Source: Octopus bimaculoides (Eukaryota). From it: a stretch of DNA of 64,000 nt. This document shows positions 62,531-64,000 of the stretch, piece after piece. The position numbers and the translations under genes were made by a program. The stretch is from NCBI RefSeq assembly GCF_001194135.2, contig NC_068989.1, positions 8,810,474-8,874,473 of the forward strand, read 5' to 3'. Under the pieces are notes generated by a model. The model made no database searches. It was not told the DNA's origin and saw nothing but the letters and a program-made list of their open reading frames with translations. Position 1 is the stretch's first letter, and every line of letters starts with the position of its first letter.

Positions 62531-63925
62531 CACCCTTCCTTTCTTTGTAATTCACTGTCTTTTATACATAAATATATGCACGTACAAACAGACATACTGG
62601 CATGCAGACATATATGCACAAGTACACAAATTTGGTATTTAAGGGTATTTTATTAATTTATCTTCTGTTTCTCCTGTTTGTTACGCTCATCACGGTCATC
62701 ATCATCGTCGTCGTCATCATCATCGTCATCATCTTCATCATTATCATTACCATCATCCCCAGTATCATTACAACATCGTCATACTGAACATTTTTATTAT
62801 CGTCGTCGCCGTTGTTAAACATTATCCACATCATCATGCACAAGTAATTTTCAGAGATTGTTCGCCTGAATAAAATGTGTATCCCTTTCTTGATTCGTTG
62901 ACGTATAGTTCCCATTTTTCAAGGATCCTCCAACCAATGTTGTGTTCAGCGTTCAGCTATTTTCGTGTTCAAATGTTATTGGCTAACATCGTGGAATACC
63001 TCTTGTCGATGTTTCTGAAGGATGTGCCGTGATTATAAAACCTTTGCTTGAACTTACTTTCAGCCATACCCATGTAATGTTTCTTTTCAACTACTGATTT
63101 GGCATGGTTGTTGCTTGCACTTCGTACACAATTATTTCACACTGCATAACTGATCTATGTACATATTTTTTTATAGACTAAAACATTCGGGAATTTTCCT
63201 GAACATCAGAAATGAAATATGCATCAGAATACACGAAGATATATATATATATATGTTCTATTTTAGTAAAAAAAAATCCCTCTCTTGCCACGCTTACCTT
63301 CAAACACAAGCTTGATTTCATTCTTTTTAACCTTTTTCACGCGGATCCTTTTTGTTACATTTTAATGGCTCTTTTACATATCTATAGCCCTTAGGGATAA
63401 TGCATAGATGGACATACATATAGACGTATATATCGTTGAGTGTATGTGCATATACCCATTTCATTTTTTTTAATTCCCTTTCTTGATATATCAAACGGTT
63501 CATTCTAACTTTCTAAAGACTTGAGTTATCACTCCGCATACAGTTTATTCTTTTTTCTCAGATTATTTAGCATACTTTTGTATTTTACCGTGACTTATCG
63601 CACATTACCAGTAGCCATATTTGTTCTCGGTCTGACAAATGTTGATGCAGCGATAAAGGTCGTACTCGTGTCGGATATAGGCAAGGAGCTTAAAGTAACC
63701 ATTTATATACCTTGAATATAGTATAAGGGACATTTTAAAGTCTTTTTTTAACTGAGTTCTTTTCACTTGTTCGAAATTACCTTCAACGCAACAAATATAC
63801 TTGTGTATATGTATGTATGTATATGGGTGTTTGTGTGTGTATAAGTATTTGTGCGTGTATGTGTGAATCTACTCTTTCTCCAGATATTGCAATATATTCT
63901 CTCTTCTCTTTCACTCTCCCCTCCT

Positions 63926-63956
<31 letters not shown>

Positions 63957-64000
63957 ACCATTCTATCTGTGTAATCTATCTCTCTTCCCCCCACTCTCTC

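Noticed and set aside
63521-63715. Hydrophobic ORF as the missing M2-M3 exon
   Set aside because: No similarity to the G[VI]TxLLSLTVF...P M2 signature in any frame.

Overview
AT-rich (apart from TE relics), microsatellite-dense animal genomic DNA with 11 N-gaps. The repeat landscape suggests an octopus or other coleoid cephalopod; this is an inference. Almost the whole window is intron of one plus-strand gene, an alpha7-like nicotinic acetylcholine receptor alpha subunit. Three exons are present (9952-10061, 34299-34555, 46267-46461). They splice in frame with canonical AG/GT sites and encode loop A, the Cys-loop, loop B, loop C with vicinal cysteines, M1 and the GEK start of M2. The 5' exons and the M2-M4 exons were not found; they lie outside the window or in gaps. 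The introns hold several tRNA-derived SINE families, Tc1/mariner, pogo-like and hAT MITEs, and decayed LINE fragments (Ingi/Vingi-like RT, CR1-like, two RTE-like, one RLE/R4-Dong-like). The most interesting signal is a set of type I hammerhead-ribozyme motifs of the minimal, palindromic-stem-III kind known from Penelope-like elements and retrozymes. Two have fully intact cores on the sense strand of the receptor pre-mRNA (40522-40627, 56263-56308). The second sits inside a 66-bp near-perfect inverted repeat. A relative of it lies just downstream of a Pol III B-box, which suggests a ribozyme-carrying SINE. All ribozyme calls come from manual motif and base-pair reading and have not been tested.
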